From: Candidatus Hydrogenedentota bacterium
GTDB lineage: Bacteria > Hydrogenedentota > Hydrogenedentia > Hydrogenedentales > SLHB01
Direction of reading: 5' to 3'
Assembly (NCBI GenBank): GCA_963674865.2
Contig: CAXXYE010000009.1
Coordinates: 256,001-320,000, forward strand
Length of the DNA: 64,000 bases
Of the stretch, positions 54,211 through 64,000 are shown piece after piece (position 1 is the stretch's first letter; each line of letters starts with the position of its first letter). The notes beneath the pieces were generated by a model, which had not been told where the DNA came from, made no database searches, and was given only the letters and a program-made list of their open reading frames with translations. Both the position numbers and the translations under genes were made by a program.

Positions 54211-55581
54211 GTGAAGCAGCAACTCGACCGATTCTTTGGGATTCGCGCCGCCGGATCCACCATCCAACGAGAGGTCATGGGGGGCGTAACTACTTTCGCC
54301 ACAATGAGCTACATCGTCTTTGTCCAGCCCACCGTTTTGGCTGCCTGTGGCATGCCCTTCGGATCCGTACTCGTAGCGACTTGCCTCTCCAGCGCCGTGG
54401 CGTGTCTGTTGATGGGACTCGTCGCGCGGTATCCCTTCGCCCTCGCGCCCGGAATGGGTGAGAACTTCTTCTTTGCGTTCACCGTGTGCTCAACCTTTCC
54501 CGGCGCCATGGGATTCTCCTGGCAGGCGGGCCTGACGATTGTCCTCATTTCGGGCGTGTTATTCCTGTTTCTCTCCCTTTTCGGTGTGCGCGAGAAGCTT
54601 CTCGACGTCCTTCCCGAGTGTCTCAAGAACGCCATCGGCCCGGCCATCGGACTCTTCATCGCCTTCATTGGCCTTCAATGGGGCGGCATCATCCGGCCCA
54701 ACGACGCCACCATGGTGTCCCTGGGCGGCTTCCGGGCGGGCGTCCCGCTCCTGACGGTATTCGGCGTGTTTCTCACGGCCGCACTTATGGGATTGGGCAT
54801 CCGGGCCGGCATTTTCATCGGCATCCTGGCGACCTGCGGCCTGGGCCTCGCCACGGGCGTCATGCCGCGGCCCGAACAGACCGCCCAGCTCAGTTTCGAG
54901 ACCTTTTTCAGCCTGAATACCTCCGAAATCATCGAAAAATGGGATTTGGCCCTCATCGCCATCATCCTTCTCTTCTTCATGGACCTTTTCGACACCGTCG
55001 GCACCCTCGTCGGCGTCGGGAGGCAGGCCGGTTTCATCGGTGACGACGGACGGCTGCCTCGCGCCGGGCGCGCCTTCTTCTCCGACGCCGCGGCCACCTG
55101 TGTCGGCGCGCTCTTCGGCACGTCCACCGTAACCAGTTACATCGAGAGCGCCACGGGCGTGGCGGCCGGCGCGCGAACCGGCCTGGCCGCCGTCGTCACC
55201 GCGCTCTGCTTCATCGCGGCCCTCGCTCTTGCCCCCGTGGTGCAGGTAGTCGGCTATGACGTGGGGCCGAAGTTCTACGGCGTCGACCCATCCGCGCTCC
55301 ATGTCGCCATGTATCCCGCCGTGGCGCCCGCGCTCATCGTGGTCGGCCTGCTCATGGTGCGGCCTCTGCGCAAGGTGAAGTGGGACGACATCACCGAAGC
55401 GCTCCCGGCGTTTCTCACGATCGCCATGATGGTGTTCAGCTACGCCATCCACGAAGGGATCGCCATCGGCTGCATTTCCTTTGTCCTCATCAAGCTTTTC
55501 ACTGGGCGCGGCAAGGAAGTCCACGCCATCATGTACGCGGCGGCTCTGGCGTTGGCCGCGCGCTACGCCTTTCTGACGTAA
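54211..55581 (+). CDS. NCS2/AzgA-family purine permease
   Basis: GVTTFATMSYI, LAPGMG.N, FDTVGTL, YIESATGVAAGARTGL. Confidence 0.93.
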   Translation: MKQQLDRFFGIRAAGSTIQREVMGGVTTFATMSYIVFVQPTVLAACGMPFGSVLVATCLSSAVACLLMGLVARYPFALAPGMGENFFFAFTVCSTFPGAMGFSWQAGLTIVLISGVLFLFLSLFGVREKLLDVLPECLKNAIGPAIGLFIAFIGLQWGGIIRPNDATMVSLGGFRAGVPLLTVFGVFLTAALMGLGIRAGIFIGILATCGLGLATGVMPRPEQTAQLSFETFFSLNTSEIIEKWDLALIAIILLFFMDLFDTVGTLVGVGRQAGFIGDDGRLPRAGRAFFSDAAATCVGALFGTSTVTSYIESATGVAAGARTGLAAVVTALCFIAALALAPVVQVVGYDVGPKFYGVDPSALHVAMYPAVAPALIVVGLLMVRPLRKVKWDDITEALPAFLTIAMMVFSYAIHEGIAIGCISFVLIKLFTGRGKEVHAIMYAAALALAARYAFLT

Positions 55582-55635
55582 CCACGCGCCACGAGCGCCG
55601 AGCCGCGCGCAACCTGAAGAAGGAGTAATGGCACC

Positions 55636-56406
55636 GTGGCCGCAAGAGTCCGCGTAATCGTGCGAATCGGCCTGCTGATTCCCTGGACGCTTGGCCTGTT
55701 CGCCTTACGCCTGTCGGCCATTCCCCTTGACATCATCGCGCCGCAAGCCGAAGCCGCGATCCGGCGCGGCCTTTTCCGATTCTGGAGCCGGGGCGCGTGC
55801 GCCATCGCCGGCATCCGCGTCGAGATCCAAGGCACGCCGCCGCGCAGGCCGTTCTTCATCGTGACGAACCACCTGACCTTCCTCGACGTGGTGGTTCTCG
55901 CCCGCGAACTCGGCTGTGTCTTTGTCTCACGGGAGGACGTCAGCCGCTGGCCCATCCTCGGCTTCATCACACGCCGCATGAACACCATCTACATCGACCG
56001 CGCCCGCCCAAGCGATACCGTTCGCGTCAACGCCCTTATCGCCAAAGCCATGGCCAGGGACGGCGCGGTGCATGTCTTCCCAGAGGGACGTGTCTCCCCG
56101 GACGGGCGCGTCCAGCCTTTCAAACCGCCGCTGCTCCAGCCCGCCGTCGATCATGCCTGGCCCGTCCACTGCGCCGCCCTCACCTACCGCACGTCCCCCG
56201 GCGCGCCCCCGGCATCCGAAGCCATTCACTGGAAGGAGCACCTAGGCTTCTCCGACTGCCTTCTAAACCTGCTTCGTCTACCCTCCGCGTGCGCGACTTT
56301 GGCCTACGGCCCCGCCCCGCTTACCGACACCGACCGAAAGTCCCTCGCCGAGAGCCTTTGCAGCGCCGTCAGGGATTGCTTCACGCCCATGGATGAAACG
56401 CAATGA
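55636..56406 (+). CDS. Lysophospholipid (PlsC-like) acyltransferase
   Basis: NHLTFLD (HX4D), YIDR, FPEG. Confidence 0.9.
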   Translation: MAARVRVIVRIGLLIPWTLGLFALRLSAIPLDIIAPQAEAAIRRGLFRFWSRGACAIAGIRVEIQGTPPRRPFFIVTNHLTFLDVVVLARELGCVFVSREDVSRWPILGFITRRMNTIYIDRARPSDTVRVNALIAKAMARDGAVHVFPEGRVSPDGRVQPFKPPLLQPAVDHAWPVHCAALTYRTSPGAPPASEAIHWKEHLGFSDCLLNLLRLPSACATLAYGPAPLTDTDRKSLAESLCSAVRDCFTPMDETQ

Positions 56407-56408
56407 CA

Positions 56409-56557
56409 GACTAATTCGGCAGTGCCACGCACTTGGCGCCTCTGATCGAAGCCTCCTCCTGAAGCCTACTCACCCATTAGGTGAGGCCGTCTATCTTGCG
56501 AATGCCTCTTCTTCTAATGACTTGGAGCGCGGCACAATTGGCGACCCGGCCACCGGG
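56409..56557. repeat. 149-bp dispersed non-coding repeat, copy B
   Basis: Ungapped match to 5789-5937. Confidence 0.9.
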
Positions 56558-56686
56558 CGTTGACGAACGGCTGTGCCGCGTGTCATGTTAGGAGTAGAAT
56601 GAGTCGCCCAGGCCTCACACCGAAGCGTCAGGGAGTGGCCTCTCGAATGGGCGCAAGAACTGGAGGCACGACGGGAAGCAGACCCT

Positions 56687-57496
56687 ATGGGACATGCGAA
56701 TGGATGGTGCGTAAGAGGCTTAGCCGCCGGAGCGCTAATGTTTCAGGTGGTCGTAAGTGTGTGTTATGCGCAAATAGTCAATATAGAGGGTTCCCCTGCC
56801 TTGGCGCGGGCACTATCCCTGGATCCTACATTGGAAGATGGTTCAAGAGCGATAAACAGAAGCGAAGCAATTCGGTGTTACGAGGAGTACCTGAAGGAGT
56901 ATCCCCAATCGCCCAACAAACCGCTGGTATTGGCACAGATAGGCCTCATCTATTTGTATGCAATTGATGACGAACACGGCGTCAATCGTGATATTGCGTC
57001 AGCCAACAAGTACTTGGACAAAGCGATTGCGAGTGGGCCGGGCCTCTTATCTCCATTGATGATCTCCGCAAGGACAAACCGGGTGTGTGGTTTCGATGCC
57101 GGCATTCCTCGTATGCGTGCACGAATGAAGCTCTATGAATGGTTTGTTAGCCTGTCCGATGCGGATCTGGAAGCCAGTATCAAGAAGACGAACGCGATCC
57201 GCAAAGGAGTAGGAACACCCGAACAAGTCTCTCCCGGGGCTGAGGCAGGAGATCCCTCTGGCATTGCCAGTGATCGTGAATTGGCCAAGCTTAGAAAGAG
57301 GCTGGATACTGCCACAAGAAATCTCGGGCTTGACTTGGTATATGATGGATTAGGTACGGAGCAACCGGAGGTTTCCTTATCCGAGGTGATCGAAAGGCTG
57401 GGAGAATACCCGGTTGCCCAGTTCGCAAACGAGAAGCTCGAAGAACTGCGCCACAGACGAGAAGAGAAACTCGCGCAGGGCCATACTCCCCGATGA
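56687..57496 (+). CDS. Hypothetical secreted TPR-like protein, lower GC
   Basis: Signal peptide, AIRCYEEYLKEYPQSP TPR-like motif, AT-richer codons. Confidence 0.6.
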   Translation: MGHANGWCVRGLAAGALMFQVVVSVCYAQIVNIEGSPALARALSLDPTLEDGSRAINRSEAIRCYEEYLKEYPQSPNKPLVLAQIGLIYLYAIDDEHGVNRDIASANKYLDKAIASGPGLLSPLMISARTNRVCGFDAGIPRMRARMKLYEWFVSLSDADLEASIKKTNAIRKGVGTPEQVSPGAEAGDPSGIASDRELAKLRKRLDTATRNLGLDLVYDGLGTEQPEVSLSEVIERLGEYPVAQFANEKLEELRHRREEKLAQGHTPR

Positions 57497-57693
57497 CGCT
57501 GTGGAAAAGACAGGTACTCCCGGCGGCGCCAAAGAGCAGCAAGGAGCATCATATCAACTGCCGCCCCCGCGTAGCGCGCGAGACTCCTTGCGGCGATCTG
57601 TCACGTCCAGAAGGGGATAGTAGCACCGTCCGTGGATCCAGTCCCTCCGAAATGAGCCTGTGGCGATGATAGGATCTTTCTGACAAGTCGCAC

Positions 57694-60600
57694 ATGTCTG
57701 CGAGATATTCCAGAGCTAATGCAGCGCCGCCGGGAGTGACGAACTCCGTTGAGACGCTCCCCGTTGGCGCGTTGCTGTTCGGTTCGGGATTCTGCGCCCT
57801 CGTTTACCAAATCGGCTGGCTGCGCGAATTGCGACTCGTCTTCGGCGCGTCTACTGCCGCTTCCGCGGCGGTACTGGCGATCTTCATGGGCGGCCTCGGA
57901 CTAGGCAGCGCCATCCTCGGCAAAGTCGCCGACCGCCGTGCCCGTCCCCTCAGGTTCTACGCCGTACTCGAACTCCTTATCGCGGTCGCGGCCTTCGCCA
58001 GTCCCTTCCTCATTCTCCTCGTGCGCCGGTTCTATGTCCTGCTGGGCGGGTCGCTCACTCTCGGCATGGGACTCGCCACCGCCGTGCGCCTCGGACTCGC
58101 CGCCATCGTCCTCGGCGTGCCCACCTTTCTCATGGGCGGCACGCTGCCCGCCGCAGCAAGGGCCGTCGAGACGCCTGACGACGTGGGGCGGAGCCACCTG
58201 GCCCTCCTCTACGGACTCAATACACTCGGCGCCGTGGCGGGAGCTGCCTGCTGCGCCTTCTATTTCCTGGAGATTTTCGGCACGCGCCAAACGCTCTGGC
58301 TCGCCGCGCTCTTCAACCTTCTCGTCGCCGTGGCGGCGTGGAGTCTGTCGCGGCGCTTCGGCATCTCCGAAGAGCCTGAGCGCCCGCAGACGGCCCCCTG
58401 TGCTCCCGAGGCAGCCCGCGCGCCCACCGCCTATGTACTTGCCGCGGCCGCGGCGGTCGGTTTCGCTTTTTTCCTCATGGAACTCGTCTGGTACCGCATG
58501 TTGAGTCCTCTCTTGGGCGGCACGACTTACACCTTTGGACTCATTCTCACCGTTGCCCTCGCCGGTATTGGCCTGGGAGGGGCCATCTACGCAGGCGTCA
58601 TGGGGCGCCGCCCCGGCACGATGAACGCCTTCGCCCTCACCGTCGGCATCGAGGCCGTGTGTATGGCGCTGCCCTACGCCCTGGGCGACCGCATCGCTAT
58701 CCTGACAAGCGCCCTCACCCCCTTGAGCGCCATGGGATTCGCGGGACAGGTGGCCGGCTGGGCGCTGGTCGCCTGCATCGTGGTATTGCCTGCCGCCGTG
58801 ATATCCGGTTTCCAGTTCCCTCTGCTTATCGCGCTCCTCGGCTCCGGCGAATCGCACGTGGGCCGGCAAACGGGCTGGGCCTACGCCGCCAATACCGCCG
58901 GGGCCATCGCGGGCTCGCTGGCCGGGGGCTTTGGCCTGCTGCCCCTGCTTTCCGCACCGGGCGTCTGGCGCGCGGTTGTGGCCCTCTTGGTTGCCGTGGG
59001 CGTCTTGGCTCTAGCGACGGCCTTCGTGCGCAAGCGCGGAGACGCGATCCGCGCCGTCGGCCCGGCCGCCGCGTTGATCCTTGCCGTCTTGCTTATTGCT
59101 CTTGCGGAAGGGCCAAGCGCCACGTGGCGTCACAGCTCCGTCGGCGTGGGCCGCTCCACATTGGATCTCTCTTCGAAGGTGGACCTTAAGAATTCGATCC
59201 ACCAGATACGCCGGCACGTCGTCTGGGAGGCCGATGGCGTCGAGAGCAGCGTCGCGCTGCTCGACCACGATGGACTGGCCTTCAGCATCAACGGGAAGAT
59301 TGACGGCAACGCGCGCGAGGATGTGCCCACGCAGGTTATGCTCGGCATGGTGGGCGCGGCGCTCCATCCCGACCCGCGGCGGGCGCTTGTGGTAGGCCTG
59401 GGCACGGGCAGCAGCGCCGGATGGCTGGCGCGTGTCGACTCCATCGACCGCGTCGACGTGGTCGAACTGGAACCGGCCATCCTCGATGTGGCCCGCCAAT
59501 GCAGCCTCGTAAACGAGGACGCCCTGGACAATCCTAAACTCGCCGTACACGTCGCCGATGCACGCGAGGTCCTGCTCACGACGCCCGACACCTATGACCT
59601 CATCATCTCCGAGCCGTCCAATCCATACCGGGCGGGCATCGCGAGCCTATACACCTGCGAGTTCTACGAGTCCGTGGCCGCGCGCCTGACCCCGAACGGC
59701 TCCTTTTCCCAATGGGTGCAGGCCTACGAGGTCGATTCGCAAACCGTCTGCACCATCTACGCCACCTTGGCATCCGTTTTCGCCTACGTCACCACGTGGC
59801 AGACGGACACCCAGGACCTCTTGCTTGTCTGCACACAGGAAGAGCCGGTTGTATCCGTGGCTGCCCTCCGCGAGAGGCTGGCGCGCGAGCCCTTCCGCGC
59901 CGCTCTTACCAAAGCCTGGCGCGTCACTGACCTCGAAGGCTTCCTGTCCCGCCACGTCGCCCGCCCCGCCCTCGCCCAGGCCGTCGCCGGCAGCGCCGGC
60001 GCGCGACTCAATACCGACGACCGCACGCTGGTGGAATACGGTTTTGCACGCACCGTCGGCAAGGGCCAGGATCTGCTCATTGACGATATGATCCGCATGG
60101 CTCGGGAGCAGGATCTCAACCGTCCCAAAACCTGCGACGGCGCCGTTGACTGGCCCCAGGTCGAGGAGCAGCGCCTCCACATGTTTTTGGAAAGACAAGA
60201 GGCTCTGTTCAACTACAATCACCTCGAGACGGAACAGCGGCAGCGCATCCTCGCCCTGTTCCGCTTCACCCAGGAGGACGTCGGCCGCGGCCTGCACGCC
60301 TGGCGGGAGCAGCCCGGCGCGCCTGGATATCTTACCGATGTCGCCCTGCTCGCCGAGGCCCTGGCCGAAGAGAGCAATACCGACGCCGTACCATTGATGG
60401 AAAGGCTGCGCCAAGAGCAGCCTATCGAGGCGGATGTCATCGAGGCGCGCCTGCTCTGGCGCCAGGGGGATAATCAAGGGGCCGCGGAGAAATTGGCCCG
60501 CGCCTTCGAGGCGTATCGCACCGACCCTTGGCCCATGCCCCAAATCATGGAGCGCGCCCTCCGCATCGCGGCGGCTCTCGCAAAAGATCGGCCCGATACG

Positions 60601-60900
60601 GCCCGCCGACTCGCCCTGTCCCTGAGCCGGCCCTTCGCCGTACACTGCCTGGAGCTACGCCGCCGCCACACCGCGCTCGAGGTCGCCTCGGATGTCAACG
60701 ATTTGGCCTTCGCCGCCCCATTTCTTGAGGCCTTCGAGCCCTATGTGCCCTGGGAGGGGCCGTTCCTAGAGTACCGGCTTGCTTGCTACGCGGCGCTCGG
60801 ACATCGGCGAGCCCCACGGGCAGCCGCCGAGCTTCGCGCCTACCTCCGCGACCTTCCCCTGCGTTTCCGCGACGCGCTCGATCCGCCCGCCGCGCCTTGA
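57694..60900 (+). CDS. Fused membrane domain / spermidine-synthase-like SAM-fold protein with a helical C-terminus
   Basis: SGFCALVYQIGW, LYGLNTLGA, INGKID, GLGTG, VELEP, DAR, SEPSNP, NTDD. Confidence 0.88.
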   Translation: MSARYSRANAAPPGVTNSVETLPVGALLFGSGFCALVYQIGWLRELRLVFGASTAASAAVLAIFMGGLGLGSAILGKVADRRARPLRFYAVLELLIAVAAFASPFLILLVRRFYVLLGGSLTLGMGLATAVRLGLAAIVLGVPTFLMGGTLPAAARAVETPDDVGRSHLALLYGLNTLGAVAGAACCAFYFLEIFGTRQTLWLAALFNLLVAVAAWSLSRRFGISEEPERPQTAPCAPEAARAPTAYVLAAAAAVGFAFFLMELVWYRMLSPLLGGTTYTFGLILTVALAGIGLGGAIYAGVMGRRPGTMNAFALTVGIEAVCMALPYALGDRIAILTSALTPLSAMGFAGQVAGWALVACIVVLPAAVISGFQFPLLIALLGSGESHVGRQTGWAYAANTAGAIAGSLAGGFGLLPLLSAPGVWRAVVALLVAVGVLALATAFVRKRGDAIRAVGPAAALILAVLLIALAEGPSATWRHSSVGVGRSTLDLSSKVDLKNSIHQIRRHVVWEADGVESSVALLDHDGLAFSINGKIDGNAREDVPTQVMLGMVGAALHPDPRRALVVGLGTGSSAGWLARVDSIDRVDVVELEPAILDVARQCSLVNEDALDNPKLAVHVADAREVLLTTPDTYDLIISEPSNPYRAGIASLYTCEFYESVAARLTPNGSFSQWVQAYEVDSQTVCTIYATLASVFAYVTTWQTDTQDLLLVCTQEEPVVSVAALRERLAREPFRAALTKAWRVTDLEGFLSRHVARPALAQAVAGSAGARLNTDDRTLVEYGFARTVGKGQDLLIDDMIRMAREQDLNRPKTCDGAVDWPQVEEQRLHMFLERQEALFNYNHLETEQRQRILALFRFTQEDVGRGLHAWREQPGAPGYLTDVALLAEALAEESNTDAVPLMERLRQEQPIEADVIEARLLWRQGDNQGAAEKLARAFEAYRTDPWPMPQIMERALRIAAALAKDRPDTARRLALSLSRPFAVHCLELRRRHTALEVASDVNDLAFAAPFLEAFEPYVPWEGPFLEYRLACYAALGHRRAPRAAAELRAYLRDLPLRFRDALDPPAAP

Positions 60901-60905
60901 TCTGC

Positions 60906-63900
60906 CTACGGCAGGTACAAGTCCTGCAAGGTCTCCATGCCCTCCTCCGCCGTCACGTGGGCCGTTTCGCACCGCGTGAGCCCGAAGGGATTCGTCAAGC
61001 GGGCGCTGTCATACGTGTAAACCAGCACCGTGTACGTGCCCGCATCAAGTCCGTCGAACCGGTAAGGGCCGTCGCCGCCCGTCAGCGTCACGCACGCGGC
61101 GGCCCTTTGTAGGTATCCGCGCTCCGTCGCCTCCGTCAGCGCCACGATCGTCCGCGTGCCGGGCAGCGCCAGCACGCGCGCCTGTTCCCCTTCGTACACG
61201 CCGATCACGTTCCCCGAGATCACGCATGTGCCCGTGAACGCCACGTCGTACCGCGTCACTTCGCCCGCCCTTGTCTCCACCGTGTCCCGCTGGCTTCGAT
61301 GGCCGCCGTCCAGCGAGGTGGCGTCCACCAGGATCGACGCGAGCCCGGCCGGCACCTGTTGAACCGAGTACGTGCCGTCGGCGCCAATGGACGCGTCCTG
61401 GCTCTCCGAGCGGCCTTCATCACTTGTCACTGTCACATAGACGGTGCCCTCTTGCGGCGGATTGCTGCCGAAGGATACCGTGCCCTCGACCGTGCCGGTG
61501 GCGGGCGCGAAATCGAAGTTGACCTCCGTCACCTCACCAACCTCGACCACCACAAGCCGCTGCCGTGAACGCCATGTAGGCGATTGCCAGATGCCGGCGC
61601 CTACGTAGACTTCGCCCGTGGGGACGCTCGTCAGCGTGTAGCCTCCTTGCGCATTCGTTCTTCCCTCAATCTCGGAGCTTCCCTCCTCCGTCAGGCTGAC
61701 CCATACGTATTGACCTGAGGCCGGCTCGCCGTTATCCGTCACGCAGCCCTTGATCTTTCCTCCGGACTCGAGATAGAAGACCACCCCGTCCACCAGCTCG
61801 CCGTCCGCGACGTCCTCAATAATCTGCGTCGATGGCGAATATCCCGCGGCGGATGCCGTCACTCTTACCGTTCCCGCGCTCACGCAGCTCAACTGAAATA
61901 GGCCGTTTTCATCGCTGAACGCGGTGCTGTCGCCATGGTAGTTGTAGACGGTAAGGCCGTATGGATTCTCGTCCGTGTGCGAGACGGTGAACTCGCGTAT
62001 CGGCGCACCGGTGGCCTGGCTCAACACCTGCCCCTTTATCGAGGCTGTGCCCGCCAGAATGAAATCGATGTTCTCGCTTCCCGCCGCGACGCTGGCCCGC
62101 GCGTCCCCGCCATAGTCGCTGCTTCGCGCCGCCACGTCGTAGACGCCGTCCTCTTCAAGGCCGCGCAGCACATACGTCCCATCCGCCGCGGAGGTTGCTT
62201 CGCTCCGCGACGGCCCCCGCGCAACGATCACCGCACCCTCGACAGGCTCCCAATTGGCGCGCGTCACCGTGCCCGAAATAGTCGGCTTATCCTCCAACTC
62301 GTAGATCAGGTCGTAGTCCGTTAGCTCCTGGCCTGCGGACAAATGCACCTCGTCGACCTTCTTGCGCGGAGGAAACGGGCGGTTAGGCTTGGGATACGCG
62401 TAGATCGCGTACGTCCCCTCCGTCAGGCCGGACAGCATGTACCAGCCTTCTCGGCCCGTGTACGAGAACGCCGACGGCGCGTCTGAAGGTGAAACCGGCT
62501 CTGCGGAGATGATGGCCTCCGCGCCCGCCGCCATCAAGGGCTGCCCCGACACGTCCAGCAGCCGGCCGTCCATACTTGCCGCGGCTTCGAGGGTGATCGC
62601 CACGCCTTCAACATCCGACTCCGTCACGTCGAACGGGCCCAGCCGGCTACTCGCGAGGTCCGATCCCACCCGGGCCCCCACATAGGCCTCCGCCGTGTTG
62701 GGCAGGCCCGCCAACTCGAATTCACCGGCCCTGTCCGCATAGGTGAAGGCGACCGACTCGGTTCCGGACTCACAGTAAACCGAAGCGCCCGATACCGGCT
62801 CGCCCCGCGCATCTTCCACAACGCCTCGGATCGCGTATCCGCCCTCTGTAGCCGCCATGAGCAGCTCGATGCCGGCCACATCCTCACCCGCAACCACCGC
62901 AACGTCTACCGTCTTCGCCTCGCTGGACATGGCGTACCCGTTTCGGATTCCCTCCAGGGCGTAGCTCCCATCCACCAGGCCAAAAACGGTGAACCGGCCT
63001 GATGCGTCCGTTGGGACGCTGTAGACCACCGAACGATCATGATGCTCGGCATACAAACGCGCGTCGTAGCTCCCCACCGGTGCGACCGTCGTGCATTTCG
63101 CACGAACCTGCACGTCGCGGATAGGCGTGCCTTCCTCCGCCTCCAGCACGATGCCCGAAATTGTCCCGCCGGGCATGACCTCGATCCGGAGGCCGCGTTT
63201 CACATCGCCCTCCCCGAGCGACACCGTCGTCGAAGGAGCCTCCGAAACCAGCGCAGCGTCATCCACTCCCACCAGCCAGTCCCCGGCCTTCAGCCCGGCG
63301 AGCGTGAACGCGCCTTCGGAGTCCGTTTTCGCGGAATGCACGTCAAAATGGGAGGTGTGCATCCCCGCCGATACCATTACGTCCGCCACCGGCGTACCGT
63401 CGTCCCCATAGACCACTTCGCCCTCGATCCGCCCTCCGGCCCGAAGCGTGATCCGGGCGTCCTCGGTGCCTACTTCGATGAAATCGGTAAGGGTAGACGC
63501 GTAGTCATCCGCCGTTACCAGTAGTTTCCAGCGCGGCGCGAAGAGGTTCTCGCAGCGGAACCGGCCGTCTACGTCCGTCGTCGCCGCCAATGCATTGCGC
63601 CAGCGCTGATCATGCGGAAACGTGGGCCGCTCGAAATCGTAAGACGGATAGACAATGGCCCCCTCAACGGGACTGCCGGCGGTGTTGACCACGATGCCGG
63701 CAATCGGCCCCGCGGCACGGAGTTCCAAGATGATGAGGCGATCCATCCGCTTCGGCGATGCGGACGCCGTGCAGGGCACTGTCCGCAAGAACAGGCCTTC
63801 GGGGGCCGACGCGATCAAGCCGTACTCAATCATCGGCAAGTTGCTGAACCGGAATCGACCGTCCGAATCCGTTCGAGTCGTCTTCCAGACGTTTCGCGGT

Positions 63901-64000
63901 GGGCGTCCCTCGAGTTCCCCTTGCCCCTTTCGGATGAGGCCTACCCGCGCGCCGGACACGCGCGTGCCGTCCGGATAGACCACGATTCCGTTGATGGCGC
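60906..64000 (-). CDS. Large protein with repeated carboxypeptidase-regulatory-like (CnaB-type) domains, 5' end outside the window
   Basis: Repeated I.G.V....G.PV.GA.V ... TD..G.F....L..G.Y motifs. Confidence 0.85.
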   Translation of the reverse strand, partial: AINGIVVYPDGTRVSGARVGLIRKGQGELEGRPPRNVWKTTRTDSDGRFRFSNLPMIEYGLIASAPEGLFLRTVPCTASASPKRMDRLIILELRAAGPIAGIVVNTAGSPVEGAIVYPSYDFERPTFPHDQRWRNALAATTDVDGRFRCENLFAPRWKLLVTADDYASTLTDFIEVGTEDARITLRAGGRIEGEVVYGDDGTPVADVMVSAGMHTSHFDVHSAKTDSEGAFTLAGLKAGDWLVGVDDAALVSEAPSTTVSLGEGDVKRGLRIEVMPGGTISGIVLEAEEGTPIRDVQVRAKCTTVAPVGSYDARLYAEHHDRSVVYSVPTDASGRFTVFGLVDGSYALEGIRNGYAMSSEAKTVDVAVVAGEDVAGIELLMAATEGGYAIRGVVEDARGEPVSGASVYCESGTESVAFTYADRAGEFELAGLPNTAEAYVGARVGSDLASSRLGPFDVTESDVEGVAITLEAAASMDGRLLDVSGQPLMAAGAEAIISAEPVSPSDAPSAFSYTGREGWYMLSGLTEGTYAIYAYPKPNRPFPPRKKVDEVHLSAGQELTDYDLIYELEDKPTISGTVTRANWEPVEGAVIVARGPSRSEATSAADGTYVLRGLEEDGVYDVAARSSDYGGDARASVAAGSENIDFILAGTASIKGQVLSQATGAPIREFTVSHTDENPYGLTVYNYHGDSTAFSDENGLFQLSCVSAGTVRVTASAAGYSPSTQIIEDVADGELVDGVVFYLESGGKIKGCVTDNGEPASGQYVWVSLTEEGSSEIEGRTNAQGGYTLTSVPTGEVYVGAGIWQSPTWRSRQRLVVVEVGEVTEVNFDFAPATGTVEGTVSFGSNPPQEGTVYVTVTSDEGRSESQDASIGADGTYSVQQVPAGLASILVDATSLDGGHRSQRDTVETRAGEVTRYDVAFTGTCVISGNVIGVYEGEQARVLALPGTRTIVALTEATERGYLQRAAACVTLTGGDGPYRFDGLDAGTYTVLVYTYDSARLTNPFGLTRCETAHVTAEEGMETLQDLYLP

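Overview
GC-rich bacterial chromosomal window of about 60 genes, mostly housekeeping and cell envelope. The lpt genes indicate a diderm; DUF1559-type pilin, HEAT/Gfo and FGE-sulfatase proteins suggest a PVC- or Hydrogenedentes-like organism (inference only). The most unusual element is a complete F1Fo ATP synthase operon (45032-53935, minus strand) with a non-standard Fo. It encodes a normal single-hairpin c-subunit with a two-carboxylate Na+ signature, a second 326-aa c-subunit of four fused hairpins none of which keeps the ion-binding Glu, and a b-subunit with two membrane segments around a ~85-aa insert. Also present: an ECF sigma/anti-sigma pair heading a minimal secretin-less GspE/2xGspF/pilin cluster; two ilvD paralogs of different Fe-S motif types flanking a nitroreductase; a lower-GC putative type II R-M pair; an intact IS4-family (IS10-like) element with a 7-bp target duplication; a ~125-bp CTAG-bounded MITE-like family; and a separate 149-bp dispersed non-coding repeat. 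No tRNA, rRNA or CRISPR array was seen. All calls come from reading motifs by eye; no searches were run.
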